A stretch of 64,000 nt of DNA from Lachnoclostridium sp. UBA3320 (GTDB lineage: Bacteria; Bacillota; Clostridia; Lachnospirales; Lachnospiraceae), in contig DESG01000035.1 in assembly GCA_002361175.1 (NCBI GenBank), positions 3,275-67,274 of the forward strand, written 5' to 3'. The notes beneath the pieces were generated by a model. That model searched no databases and was not told the origin of the DNA. It worked only from the letters and a program-made list of their open reading frames with translations. The translations under genes were made by a program, and so were the position numbers. Below are positions 38,748-48,502 of the stretch, piece after piece; position 1 is the first letter of the stretch; each line of letters begins with the position of its first letter.

Positions 38748-39506
38748 ATGAAAGAAATATTGTTAAAAACCGAGAGTTTAAGCAAGTCCTTTTCAAATAA
38801 TGGAACTTTGCAGCACGTTCTTAAAAACATTGACTTAAAGCTTTACAAGGGAGATTTTACTGTAATTATGGGAGCAAGCGGCGCAGGTAAATCTACGCTC
38901 TTATATGCACTTTCAGGAATGGACACACCATCTCTTGGCAAGGTTACATTTGGAAATAAGGTTATATCAGATTTAAGCCCAGATGGGCTTGCAGTGTTCA
39001 GGCGCAAACATTGTGGGTTTGTGTTCCAGCAGATTTATCTAATTGATGGAATGAGTATAATGGATAACATACTTTCCACAGGGCTTCTTGTCAATAAGGA
39101 CAAAAAAGCATTGGTACAGTATGCTAGAGAACTGTTAAAAGCAGTAGATATATCTGAGGAAGCACAAAAGAAATTTCCTGCACAGCTTTCAGGCGGCGAG
39201 GCGCAGCGTGTTGGTATTGTACGTGCATTAATCAATTCCCCAGAAATTCTGTTCGCAGATGAGCCAACAGGGGCACTTAATTCTAAAACGGGGCTTGATG
39301 TCCTTGATACACTTACAAAGTTCAATGAACAAGGTCAAAGCGTGGTTATGGTAACACATGATATGCGTTCTGCTAGGCGTGGAAACCGTATTTTGTATTT
39401 AAAAGACGGCATGGTTTTAGGTGAATGTGACTTAGGCAGGTATAGGCATAAAGATACAGAGAGGCATAATAAACTTTCTGCATTTCTTACAGAAATGGGG
39501 TGGTAG
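38748..39506 (+). CDS. ABC transporter ATP-binding protein (MacB/BceA-like)
   Basis: Walker A GASGAGKST, signature LSGGEAQR, Walker B ILFADEPT, H-loop. Confidence 0.9.
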   Translation: MKEILLKTESLSKSFSNNGTLQHVLKNIDLKLYKGDFTVIMGASGAGKSTLLYALSGMDTPSLGKVTFGNKVISDLSPDGLAVFRRKHCGFVFQQIYLIDGMSIMDNILSTGLLVNKDKKALVQYARELLKAVDISEEAQKKFPAQLSGGEAQRVGIVRALINSPEILFADEPTGALNSKTGLDVLDTLTKFNEQGQSVVMVTHDMRSARRGNRILYLKDGMVLGECDLGRYRHKDTERHNKLSAFLTEMGW

Positions 39507-39507
39507 T

Positions 39508-41853
39508 ATGAAAAAGCATTTTTTGATTGCTTGGTGCAATCTTCGCAGAACAAAGGGACAGACAGTGGCAATAGTTCTTCTTATATTGGCTGCTTCATCC
39601 ATGTTAAATTTATGGCTTATGTTGTCTATGGATTACAAGCGTAATTTTGACCGTTATCACGATAAACTTAATGCTGGACATGTCACTCTTGCATTAAATG
39701 GATATAATGCTGAATTGCGAGATTTTATTACAGAGACACTTGAAAAAGATAAAAATGTAGTACAATACTGCATGGATGATGCATTAACTGCAAATGCTTC
39801 ATTTGAATATAATGACGGTGAGGTAAGTACTGAGTTTATAATTCTTGAAAAACAGACAGCTTTAAACCGTTTAGTTGAAAAGACCGAAATTGTAGAAGAT
39901 ACAAAAGCTGCAAGTGGTATTTATCTTCCTATGATTTATGGTATGGACAATAGCATTTCAGCAGGTGGAACAGTAGATATTACAATAGGGGATAATGTAA
40001 TAAATTATAATGTATGTGGTTTTTTGAACAGTGTAATGGCAGGTTCACATAATTGTAGTATGTGTATGCTTTTGCTTACTAAGGATAAGTATAGGGAACT
40101 GGAGGAAAAAGGATTTGCAATAAAATCTACTTTTGTTTCTGTGCGTATTAATGATAAAACTAAAAGTGAAGATTTTGAGGCAGCGCTTAAAAATAAGATA
40201 TCTAACAAATATCCTGATGCCAGCTCTTTAAGCAATTCCTACAATCTTGTGTCGTCTTCCCGCTATATTTCACAGATGGTATGTGCAGGCATTGTCAGTG
40301 CTGCGGCATTTCTGGTAATATTGATTGCCTTGGTTGTAATTATATCTAATGTGATAAATTATATTCAAGAGAATATGAGGCAGATTGGTGTGTTTAAGGC
40401 TGTTGGATATAGAAGCAGACAGATTATTTTAGCACTGATGTTACAATTCTTAAGCATAACATTAATTGCTGTTATAACTGGTATTGGGCTTTCTTATTGT
40501 CTTTTCCCCACAATCAATGATATGATGGTTTCACAAACAGGAATTCCATATACAATAAAATTTCTGCCTGTTCCATACGTGATTACAGTTTTGTTTATAT
40601 GTGGGGCTGTTGCATTTGCTGTATGGCTGCCATCACGCAGGATAAGGAAAATAGAACCTATCATAGCACTCCGCCAAGGTATCCAGACACACAATTTTAA
40701 ACATAACCATATTCCTCTTGAAAAATCGCATGTACCGCTTAATCTTGCACTTGCACTTAAAACAACTTTTTCAGGAAAAAAACAGAATATTACTATCTGT
40801 ATTACAATGCTGGTTCTTTCACTTGTACTTGTCTTTTCGGAGCTTATGGTGGAAAATATAATTGCAGATATCCAGCCTTTTATCAGGCTGATTGTAGGAG
40901 AGATGGCAGATTCATGTATTAATATAAATACAGATATTGAAGAGGAATTTCTACAGAAAATGGATAAAAATAGAGATGTTTCTAAATGCTATCTTTATCA
41001 TACAATAGAAGTGCGTCATGTTGGCGGAATTGCATTGTCTGCAACTTTATCAGATGATTTTTCAAATGTGAATAACAAGAGTGTCTGTTTTGAAGGACGT
41101 TTTCCAAAGTATGACAACGAAATGGCAATTGGAGCAAGATATGCAAAAGACAAGGGATTGGAAATTGGGGATGAGATTACTCTGACAGCAGATGGGCATG
41201 AAGCAAAGTATATTATTTCTGGCATGACACAGGTGTCTAATTATCTTGGTAAAGATTGTCTGTTGACACGCAGTGGCTATGAGCGTATAGGCAAGCTTAA
41301 TGATTTAAGTTACTATATCAATACTAAAACTGGAACTGATATAGATAAATTTAATATAGCAATAAGCAGACAATTTGAAAATGGTATAAACATGACAGTA
41401 AACATAGTGTCAGCAGTGAATGGCACAGCAGCAGTTTATGTTACTCTTATGAAGATTATTGTAATTGCTGTTCTTGTATTAAGTGCAGTTATAATTACAC
41501 TGGTGTTATATCTTCTTGTAAGAACACTGATAAATAACAAAAAACAGGATTACGGAATTTTAAAAGCCACAGGCTTTACTACAAGACAGCTTATTTTTCA
41601 GACAGCTGCCAGTTTTATGCCATCTGTCATATTTTCAACGGCTGTGGGACTTGTTGCCAGCAGTTTGGTTATAAATCCTCTTACTGCTGTGTTTTTAAGG
41701 GGAATAGGCATTGTAAAGTGTACGTTTGTAATTCCTGTTGGTCTTACTGTAGCTGCTGGAGTAGGGATTGTACTATCTGCTTTTGGGATTGTGTGTCTGC
41801 TATCTTTAAAAATCAGGAAAATTGCTCCAAGAGTGCTTCTTATGGGGGAATAA
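39508..41853 (+). CDS. ABC transporter permease, FtsX/BceB-like (781 aa)
   Basis: Two FtsX-type helix bundles, each preceded by a large extracytoplasmic domain. Starts 1 nt after the ATPase stop. Confidence 0.85.
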   Translation: MKKHFLIAWCNLRRTKGQTVAIVLLILAASSMLNLWLMLSMDYKRNFDRYHDKLNAGHVTLALNGYNAELRDFITETLEKDKNVVQYCMDDALTANASFEYNDGEVSTEFIILEKQTALNRLVEKTEIVEDTKAASGIYLPMIYGMDNSISAGGTVDITIGDNVINYNVCGFLNSVMAGSHNCSMCMLLLTKDKYRELEEKGFAIKSTFVSVRINDKTKSEDFEAALKNKISNKYPDASSLSNSYNLVSSSRYISQMVCAGIVSAAAFLVILIALVVIISNVINYIQENMRQIGVFKAVGYRSRQIILALMLQFLSITLIAVITGIGLSYCLFPTINDMMVSQTGIPYTIKFLPVPYVITVLFICGAVAFAVWLPSRRIRKIEPIIALRQGIQTHNFKHNHIPLEKSHVPLNLALALKTTFSGKKQNITICITMLVLSLVLVFSELMVENIIADIQPFIRLIVGEMADSCININTDIEEEFLQKMDKNRDVSKCYLYHTIEVRHVGGIALSATLSDDFSNVNNKSVCFEGRFPKYDNEMAIGARYAKDKGLEIGDEITLTADGHEAKYIISGMTQVSNYLGKDCLLTRSGYERIGKLNDLSYYINTKTGTDIDKFNIAISRQFENGINMTVNIVSAVNGTAAVYVTLMKIIVIAVLVLSAVIITLVLYLLVRTLINNKKQDYGILKATGFTTRQLIFQTAASFMPSVIFSTAVGLVASSLVINPLTAVFLRGIGIVKCTFVIPVGLTVAAGVGIVLSAFGIVCLLSLKIRKIAPRVLLMGE

Positions 41854-41862
41854 GTTTTTAAG

Positions 41863-41891
41863 TTGACAAATATATAAAAATATAGCATAAT
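41863..41891 (+). promoter_or_regulatory. Candidate sigma70 promoter of the GH2 gene
   Basis: TTGACA (41863-41868), 17-nt spacer, CATAAT (41886-41891). Confidence 0.4.
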
Positions 41892-41948
41892 CAACTGAAA
41901 CCTAAATAATTGGAAGATTATTTAAAATTTGTTATGTGGAGAAAGATT

Positions 41949-44450
41949 ATGAAACAATTAATTCTTAATGGAATATGGAACATTAATCAGAGAGGAAAAG
42001 AAAAGCAGTATGATGTAAAAGTTCCTGGTTCTGTCCTTTCTGCACTGCTTGAAGCAGAGGCAATTCCAGACCCATTTGATGGTAGAAACGAATATCTGGT
42101 AAGAGAAATTTTTAGAAATGATTATATTTTTCAAAGAGATTTTCATGTCTCAGAAGAACTTTTAAAAGAAGAGAATATAGAATTAGTGTGTGAAGGGCTT
42201 GACACGCTTGCTGTAATTTATATAAATGATAAGAAGGTATTTTATGCAGAAAATATGCACAGAACATGGCGAATACCTATAAAAGAATATATTGAGCCAG
42301 GTATAAACAATATAAGGATAGAGTTTCTGTCTGTATTAAACTTTATAGATAACTATGTTTATAAAGAAAATAAGGAAGTAAAATATGTTGCTGCTGGAGC
42401 GATGAAAGGAAATCAGCTTGTTAGAAAATCACATTCAATGTTTGGGTGGGATTGGGGTCCGCAACTTCCTGATGCAGGAATTTTTAGAGATATTTACTTA
42501 GAGTGTTGGACAGGCAGAAGAATTACTGATATAGAATTTTTGCAGCATCATAGACAAGCAGAAGCAGAGTTACAGATAAAAACTGTTTTTTCTTGTACGG
42601 GTACACTTTGTGAAAATCAAAAACTTAAAGTAGTTATTAGTGACAAGCAGACAGGAGAAACTGTTGCATATAAAGAAGATAATCTTGGCAGTGTATTGCA
42701 ATGTGAAAATACATTTACAGTAAAAAATCCAAAGCTTTGGTGGCCTAATGGCTATGGACAACAGCCACTCTATGAAGTGGTAATTTCTCTGCTTGATATA
42801 GACGAAAATGTACTTCAAGAACAAAAGAAAACTATAGGTTTTAGAACACTTGAAGTCAGCAGAGAGAAAGATTCTTTTGGAAAAGAATTTGCTTTTAAGA
42901 TAAATGGTATAAAGATTTTTGCAATGGGCGCAAACTATATTCCCGAAGATTGTGTGTATTCAAGGATTACAAAAGAAAGACAGGATTATCTTCTAGAATG
43001 TGCAAAAAGGGCAAATTTTAACTGTGTCAGAGTATGGGGAGGCGGTTATTATCCATCAGATACTTTTTATGAACTGTGTGACGAAAAAGGCATAATTGTA
43101 TGGCAGGATTTGATGTTTGCATGTAATGTTTATGATGCTACAGAAAGTTTCTTAGAAAATTGTAAAAAAGAGGTTGAGGACAATGTAAAGCGTCTGCGTC
43201 ATCATCCAAGCCTTGGCTTATGGTGTGGCAACAATGAGATAGAATCTGCGTGGTCTCACTGGCCAGATTTTCAGACAGAAACTCTAAACCTTAAAGCTGA
43301 CTATATCAAACTCTTTGAACATGTAATTCCTGAAGTTATGAGAAAAAATGCCAAAGATACATTTTTCTGGCCATCATCTCCATCGTCAGGAGGATGCTTT
43401 GCAAATCCTGATGATGAAAATAATGGTGATGCACATTACTGGGATGTATGGCATGGACAGAAACCATTTACAGATTATAAGAAATATTTTTTCCGCTTCT
43501 GTTCAGAATTTGGTTTTCAGTCTTTCCCAGATATAAAGACAATAGAGTCATTTACAAAGCCAGAAGACAGAAATATTTTTTCAAGGGTGATGGAAAGCCA
43601 CCAAAAGAACGATGCTGCTAATGGAAAGATTTTGTATTATATGTCAGAAAATTTCCGTTACCCTGCAAAGTTTGATGACCTTATATATATAAGCCAGATT
43701 TTACAAGGTATGGCAGTACAGTATGGAGTAGAACATTGGAGGCGCAACAGAGGAAGGTGCATGGGAACTCTTTATTGGCAACTTAATGATAACTGGCCTG
43801 TTGCATCATGGTCATCTATTGACTATTTTGGCAGATGGAAAGCATTACAGTATATGGCAACAAAATTTTACGCACGAAAAACGTCAAGTCTTATAAAAGA
43901 TAATCATAATATACATCTTTTTGTAGAAAATGAAACGGCAGAAAAAGTAAAGTGGAAAGCAATTATACGTCTGAAAGATATGGACTGTAAAATAATTTCA
44001 GAAGTTATAAAGGAAGGAAACACTGAATCATTTTGTTCAAAAGAAGCTATAGAGATGGATTTGGAAAAATTCTGCCTTAATGAATATGACACATGGGAGG
44101 AAAAAATCTTTGTAGAAAGTAGCGTTATCTTTGAGGATGGCACAAGTACACACAATGTAGAAGTGCTTTTACCATATAAATATATGGCACTTAAAAAACC
44201 AGTTATAGAAAAATCAGCAGAAGAAACCAAAGATACATTTATACTAAAGTTAAAGAGCAATACATTTGCTCCATTTATAGAACTTAAGTTTGAAGATGCA
44301 GATGTAATCTTTAGTGATAATTATTTTCACCTAACAGGAGATGTGTATGAGGTGGAGATTAAAAAGCAAGATATTTTAAAAGGCAAATTTAACAGTACAG
44401 ATGATTTGCTGCAAAAGTTACAAGTACGTACAGTGGCAGATACTTATTAA
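41949..44450 (+). CDS. Glycoside hydrolase family 2, beta-mannosidase-like, no signal peptide
   Basis: About 833 aa from ATG 41949 (MKQLILNGIWNI…). GH2 sugar-binding, Ig-like and TIM-barrel pattern, with NEIES (acid/base) and CSEFGFQS (nucleophile) motifs typical of beta-mannosidases. Confidence 0.8.
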   Translation: MKQLILNGIWNINQRGKEKQYDVKVPGSVLSALLEAEAIPDPFDGRNEYLVREIFRNDYIFQRDFHVSEELLKEENIELVCEGLDTLAVIYINDKKVFYAENMHRTWRIPIKEYIEPGINNIRIEFLSVLNFIDNYVYKENKEVKYVAAGAMKGNQLVRKSHSMFGWDWGPQLPDAGIFRDIYLECWTGRRITDIEFLQHHRQAEAELQIKTVFSCTGTLCENQKLKVVISDKQTGETVAYKEDNLGSVLQCENTFTVKNPKLWWPNGYGQQPLYEVVISLLDIDENVLQEQKKTIGFRTLEVSREKDSFGKEFAFKINGIKIFAMGANYIPEDCVYSRITKERQDYLLECAKRANFNCVRVWGGGYYPSDTFYELCDEKGIIVWQDLMFACNVYDATESFLENCKKEVEDNVKRLRHHPSLGLWCGNNEIESAWSHWPDFQTETLNLKADYIKLFEHVIPEVMRKNAKDTFFWPSSPSSGGCFANPDDENNGDAHYWDVWHGQKPFTDYKKYFFRFCSEFGFQSFPDIKTIESFTKPEDRNIFSRVMESHQKNDAANGKILYYMSENFRYPAKFDDLIYISQILQGMAVQYGVEHWRRNRGRCMGTLYWQLNDNWPVASWSSIDYFGRWKALQYMATKFYARKTSSLIKDNHNIHLFVENETAEKVKWKAIIRLKDMDCKIISEVIKEGNTESFCSKEAIEMDLEKFCLNEYDTWEEKIFVESSVIFEDGTSTHNVEVLLPYKYMALKKPVIEKSAEETKDTFILKLKSNTFAPFIELKFEDADVIFSDNYFHLTGDVYEVEIKKQDILKGKFNSTDDLLQKLQVRTVADTY

Positions 44451-44486
44451 ATATAAAAATAATTAATACTAGTACTTCCTAAAATG

Positions 44487-44515
44487 TTGTCAGTTTAATG
44501 AAATACTGATATAAT
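44487..44515 (+). promoter_or_regulatory. Candidate sigma70 promoter of chemoreceptor 1
   Basis: TTGTCA (44487-44492), 17-nt spacer, TATAAT (44510-44515). Confidence 0.4.
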
Positions 44516-44546
44516 TATACCATCTTGAATGGGAGGATTACATTAT

Positions 44547-46325
44547 ATGAAGAATCTAAAAGTAGTAACTAAAATGTCACTTGTAGGATGTACAGTATTA
44601 GCCTTTGTTGTATTTAGTATTTGCTTTTCAATTAGCAGTATGAAGTCCATTGAAAAGCAGATGATTAAATCGGAAGAAGAAAGTATTAGAACAGATTATG
44701 ACAACAATATAAAGAGTCAAGTTGATTTGGCTATTTCGCTTCTTGATGCTTATAATGCTGATATACAGGCAGGGGTCTATTCTAAAGAAGAAGGAATGAA
44801 GCTTGCAGCTGACAAGCTAAGAGAAGTACGATATGGTGAAGATGGATATTTTTGGGCTGACCAATCAGATGGTGTCAATGTAGTCTTACTTGGTAACGAT
44901 ACTGAGGGGACAAACCGTATGGATACAAAAGATGCTACTGGTTATGAAATGGTAAAAGATTTTATCACTAATTCTGTACAAAATGGAAGTTATTATTGTG
45001 ATTATAAATTTCCAAAAGAAGGCGGCACAGAGCCAATGCCAAAAAGGGCTTATACACAATATTATGAACCATTTGACTGGGTAGTGGGAACAGGCAATTA
45101 TACAGACCATATTGATGACCAGATGGCTGTTGTTACTGTAGAAGCCAAGCAGTATACCAACAGTAAGACAACAACATTTTTTGTTATATGTGTTGCATTT
45201 GCAGCAGTTATTATTTTGCTTCTGTCATGCATGATTATTGATATAACAAAACCTTTAAAAATTGTGGGCGATAACCTTAAGAAAATGTCAGAAGGCAATT
45301 TTTCTATACAGATAGAAGATACACTTTTAAAGCGAAAAGATGATTTTGGTATGTTATCTAATATTGTTGAAAAGATGCGCAACAGCATAGGAAGTCTTAT
45401 CAGCAATGTTAAAGAAGAAGCAGATATGATAACGGGAAGTGTAAATGGAGTTCATACAAATATGGACAGTCTTAGTAATGAAATTGATGATGTGTCATCA
45501 ACAACTATACAGCTTTCAGCTTCAATGGAAGAAACCTCAGCGGCAGCAGGTGATATAAGCGGAATGACTAAGGAAATTGAAGATGCTGCAAGAAATGTTG
45601 CAGGGCGTGCACAGGAAGGTGCAGAACATGCACAAGATATATATAAAAAAGCGTCTAATGCTAAAAGTTCTACAATCGAAACAAAAGACCGTCTTTTAAA
45701 ACAGAAAGAATTAATAGAAAATAGTTTAAATAAGGCACTTGAAAAAGTAAAAGTAGTTTCAGAAATTTCAATACTAGCAGATTCTATTATGGAGATAACT
45801 ACTCAAACAAATCTTTTATCACTTAATGCAAGTATTGAAGCAGCAAGAGCAGGAGATGCAGGAAAAGGATTTGCCGTTGTTGCAGATGAAATAAGAAAAC
45901 TTGCAGAAGAATCACAGAAAAGTACAGAAAATATTCAAAAAGTAACAGAGCAGGTCAATGAATCAGTTGAAAGTCTTGCCAAAGATTCAGGACAGCTTCT
46001 TTCATTTATTGATGGTCAGGTTATGGATAGTGTACGCCTGTTTGATGATATTTCAAATGATTATAATGAGGATGCAAAGGAGATTGACTTACTTGTAGCA
46101 GATTTTAGCGCAATCTCTGAACAACTTCTTGCATCTATTAGTAATATTACTGATGCTATAAACGGCATTTCACAGGCGGCTAATGAAAGTGCAACAGGAA
46201 CTGCAAATATTGCAGAGCGTATTTCTAATATAGTACATACGTCAGATTCTATAAATATGTCGTTAAAAGATGCTAATGGGCTTGTAGGACAGCTTAATGA
46301 AGCGACAGATAAATTTCAATTATAG
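44547..46325 (+). CDS. Methyl-accepting chemotaxis protein with a Cache-type extracellular sensor (paralogue 1)
   Basis: TM1, extracytoplasmic domain with the YGEDGYFW motif, TM2, HAMP, and a signalling domain with the conserved hairpin [41 protein letters not shown]. Confidence 0.9.
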   Translation: MKNLKVVTKMSLVGCTVLAFVVFSICFSISSMKSIEKQMIKSEEESIRTDYDNNIKSQVDLAISLLDAYNADIQAGVYSKEEGMKLAADKLREVRYGEDGYFWADQSDGVNVVLLGNDTEGTNRMDTKDATGYEMVKDFITNSVQNGSYYCDYKFPKEGGTEPMPKRAYTQYYEPFDWVVGTGNYTDHIDDQMAVVTVEAKQYTNSKTTTFFVICVAFAAVIILLLSCMIIDITKPLKIVGDNLKKMSEGNFSIQIEDTLLKRKDDFGMLSNIVEKMRNSIGSLISNVKEEADMITGSVNGVHTNMDSLSNEIDDVSSTTIQLSASMEETSAAAGDISGMTKEIEDAARNVAGRAQEGAEHAQDIYKKASNAKSSTIETKDRLLKQKELIENSLNKALEKVKVVSEISILADSIMEITTQTNLLSLNASIEAARAGDAGKGFAVVADEIRKLAEESQKSTENIQKVTEQVNESVESLAKDSGQLLSFIDGQVMDSVRLFDDISNDYNEDAKEIDLLVADFSAISEQLLASISNITDAINGISQAANESATGTANIAERISNIVHTSDSINMSLKDANGLVGQLNEATDKFQL

Positions 46326-46344
46326 TATTGATAAACAATATATT

Positions 46345-46375
46345 AAGGGCTAGTTATTATACCAGCCCTTTTTTA
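46345..46375. terminator. Bidirectional terminator between chemoreceptor 1 and the blaR1-like gene
   Basis: AAGGGCT…AGCCCTT stem followed by TTTTTT. Confidence 0.65.
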
Positions 46376-46377
46376 TC

Positions 46378-47913
46378 TTAAAAATAATCTGCTGCATTCT
46401 TCTCGTTTTCACCATGTTTAGAATTATAGCAGCGGACTACTGCACGTATTCCCTTATGGGTCATATATGGCAGCATAAAAGAAATATACTCCCAGTTTCC
46501 AGTAGATTGCATAATCATTAAAGCATGGTCATCTATATCACCACATGTAAGAGGTTCTGATGGTTTATGTTTTCTTGCTTTATTTATCTGCTTTTTTGTC
46601 AATTTTATTTCTTTTCCCGTAGTCATATCAACAGAGCCTGCCCATTCGGCACTTTGTGAAGCAGGTATCAGTTTCTTTGCACCTTTTTCTGACATATAGG
46701 GAACATAAAATTCTACCCATTCCCACATCCATGACTTGTCTATCAATGCCAGAGCCATCTTATCTGCCTCAGAAGCAGAGATAGTATCATCTTTACTTTT
46801 GTTCACCGCTATTTTTCTTTGACGCAATAATGTCTCTGTTTGAGATTGTAATTCACTATTTGCATTATTTGATGCTCCTACTGTATAACTTCCAGTAAAA
46901 ATACCAGTAAATGTTATTATTCCAGTCAAAATAACCATTAATGCTTTATTAAATGTAGTATTTTTTTTGTTATTCATAATTGATTTCAGCCTTTCTTTTA
47001 ATAATTTTTTATTTTCCCCCAAAGTAAGAGTGGAACTGCGTTCTTTATAGCTTCCTGGATGTGCCATGGCGTTTAAAATTGTACTGGCATATTCTTTACA
47101 CTGTTCTTTAGAATTAAGAAGTGAAACCACATATTCATCACACGACAGCTCACACAAGTGGCTAATACTTCTGTTTGCTATATAAACAAGTGGATTAAAC
47201 CAGTGGATGCAAACAACAACTTGTACTATCCATTTATAGAACATATCTTTTCGTTTGTAGTGTACCAATTCATGCAAAACAGTATAATAAAATGCCTGTT
47301 CAGATAAGTTTATATCTGGAAGCACAATGCGAGGGTGAAAAAATCCTATCAGCATAGGAGATGAAATAAGTGGATTAACCCATAAATCAATAGCTTTATT
47401 AATCCCTAGTTTAGATTCAGCAGTAGAAAGTGTTTCTATGCGGCTTATATCATCTACTGGTATACTTCCTGCTTGAACAAATTTTGCAAAACTTCTGTAT
47501 ATTGTGACTTTGTATATAAAAAATAACAATGCCATCATTAGCCAGAAAAGACAGAGATAACCTTTTGCATTCCCAAGTACTAGGATATTGTTTTTATGTA
47601 TTACTTCAAGTTTTTCTGGTATATTTTCAAAAACTGTTACTATATCTGTGTCTTTAGTCTTTTGAAATACAGAGTTGTTAGTATTAGATGTACTTTGTAA
47701 CATGCTGTATACATGTGCTCCTAAATTAGTTATCAAGTTTTTTTCTGGTGCAAAAGGCAATAAAAGTCTAGCAATAGCCACAATCCAAATATAATAACGC
47801 CACCGACAGCTAGTTTTTTTCAGAAACACTAGATTGACAAAAAATATCAGTATAATCATCAATCCTCCTGTCAAAGATAATGACAGCACAAGAGAAAGAA
47901 TTGTCCATGCCAT
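46378..47913 (-). CDS. BlaR1/MecR1-family M56 zinc-protease signal transducer with a non-PBP C-terminal domain
   Basis: N-terminal TM helices, HELVH zinc motif at aa 214-218, a further TM around aa 323-345, and a C-terminal region of about 165 aa with two copies of a WE-x(4,5)-F-x-PYM-x(3)-G motif instead of a transpeptidase-like sensor. Confidence 0.8.
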   Translation of the reverse strand: MAWTILSLVLSLSLTGGLMIILIFFVNLVFLKKTSCRWRYYIWIVAIARLLLPFAPEKNLITNLGAHVYSMLQSTSNTNNSVFQKTKDTDIVTVFENIPEKLEVIHKNNILVLGNAKGYLCLFWLMMALLFFIYKVTIYRSFAKFVQAGSIPVDDISRIETLSTAESKLGINKAIDLWVNPLISSPMLIGFFHPRIVLPDINLSEQAFYYTVLHELVHYKRKDMFYKWIVQVVVCIHWFNPLVYIANRSISHLCELSCDEYVVSLLNSKEQCKEYASTILNAMAHPGSYKERSSTLTLGENKKLLKERLKSIMNNKKNTTFNKALMVILTGIITFTGIFTGSYTVGASNNANSELQSQTETLLRQRKIAVNKSKDDTISASEADKMALALIDKSWMWEWVEFYVPYMSEKGAKKLIPASQSAEWAGSVDMTTGKEIKLTKKQINKARKHKPSEPLTCGDIDDHALMIMQSTGNWEYISFMLPYMTHKGIRAVVRCYNSKHGENEKNAADYF

Positions 47914-48285
47914 TTACTTCATCTCCAATATTTTTTTAAGTTCAGCATATTCTGATTCTGTCAGCATTTCACTATTTACTAGTTGTGTGACAAGTCCTGA
48001 AACATCGCCTTTATATATCCTATCTACAAAATTTCTAGTCTGCACAGACTGAAATTCCTGTTCTGTTATTAAAGGGATATATTCATTTTTTCTGCCATGT
48101 TTATTCGCTTTTAAGTATCCTTTTTCCATTAAACGTGACAGAAGAGTAATAAGGGTATTCTTCTGCCAATTTTTCCCACTCTTTGCTAATGCATCCGTTA
48201 TCTGCGCAAATAGCATTGGAGGGCTGCCATCCCAGATAATCTTCATGATTTCTAGCTCTGCATCAGATATCTTTTTGTTTTCCAT
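47914..48285 (-). CDS. BlaI/MecI/CopY-family transcriptional repressor
   Basis: 123 aa winged-helix protein ([12 protein letters not shown]…). Its stop abuts the ATG of the M56 protease gene. Confidence 0.88.
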   Translation of the reverse strand: MENKKISDAELEIMKIIWDGSPPMLFAQITDALAKSGKNWQKNTLITLLSRLMEKGYLKANKHGRKNEYIPLITEQEFQSVQTRNFVDRIYKGDVSGLVTQLVNSEMLTESEYAELKKILEMK

Positions 48286-48301
48286 AAAAGATTTTCTCCT
48301 T

Positions 48302-48353
48302 TTTTGTATGACATTTTGTTATACTATTTATAATAACAGTTTGTCATACAAAA
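48302..48353. promoter_or_regulatory. Perfect 12-bp inverted repeat upstream of the BlaI-family gene; candidate operator
   Basis: TTTTGTATGACA (48302-48313) and TGTCATACAAAA (48342-48353) are exact reverse complements separated by 28 nt that contain TATAA-type -10 candidates. Each arm holds a TGT-N3-ACA mini-palindrome. Confidence 0.55.
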
Positions 48354-48502
48354 GTCAAGCACTAATTTTAGCGCATCATATAGTTATTGCATTATTGTAC
48401 AATATTTGCTATATTAGATATAGTAATGAATATATAAAATTACATTTTTTTATGACACCTTTGCTCAACAAAAAATTCAACAATAAGAAAGGAATAAATT
48501 TT

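Noticed and set aside
48245-48502. An 86-codon N-terminal extension of chemoreceptor 2, and similar upstream extensions of the ORFs at 10953, 20532, 23287, 52053, 53316, 60545 and 61636.
   Set aside because: The extensions run through promoters or neighbouring genes and lack an RBS. Internal starts give canonical N-termini preceded by GGAGG-type sites.
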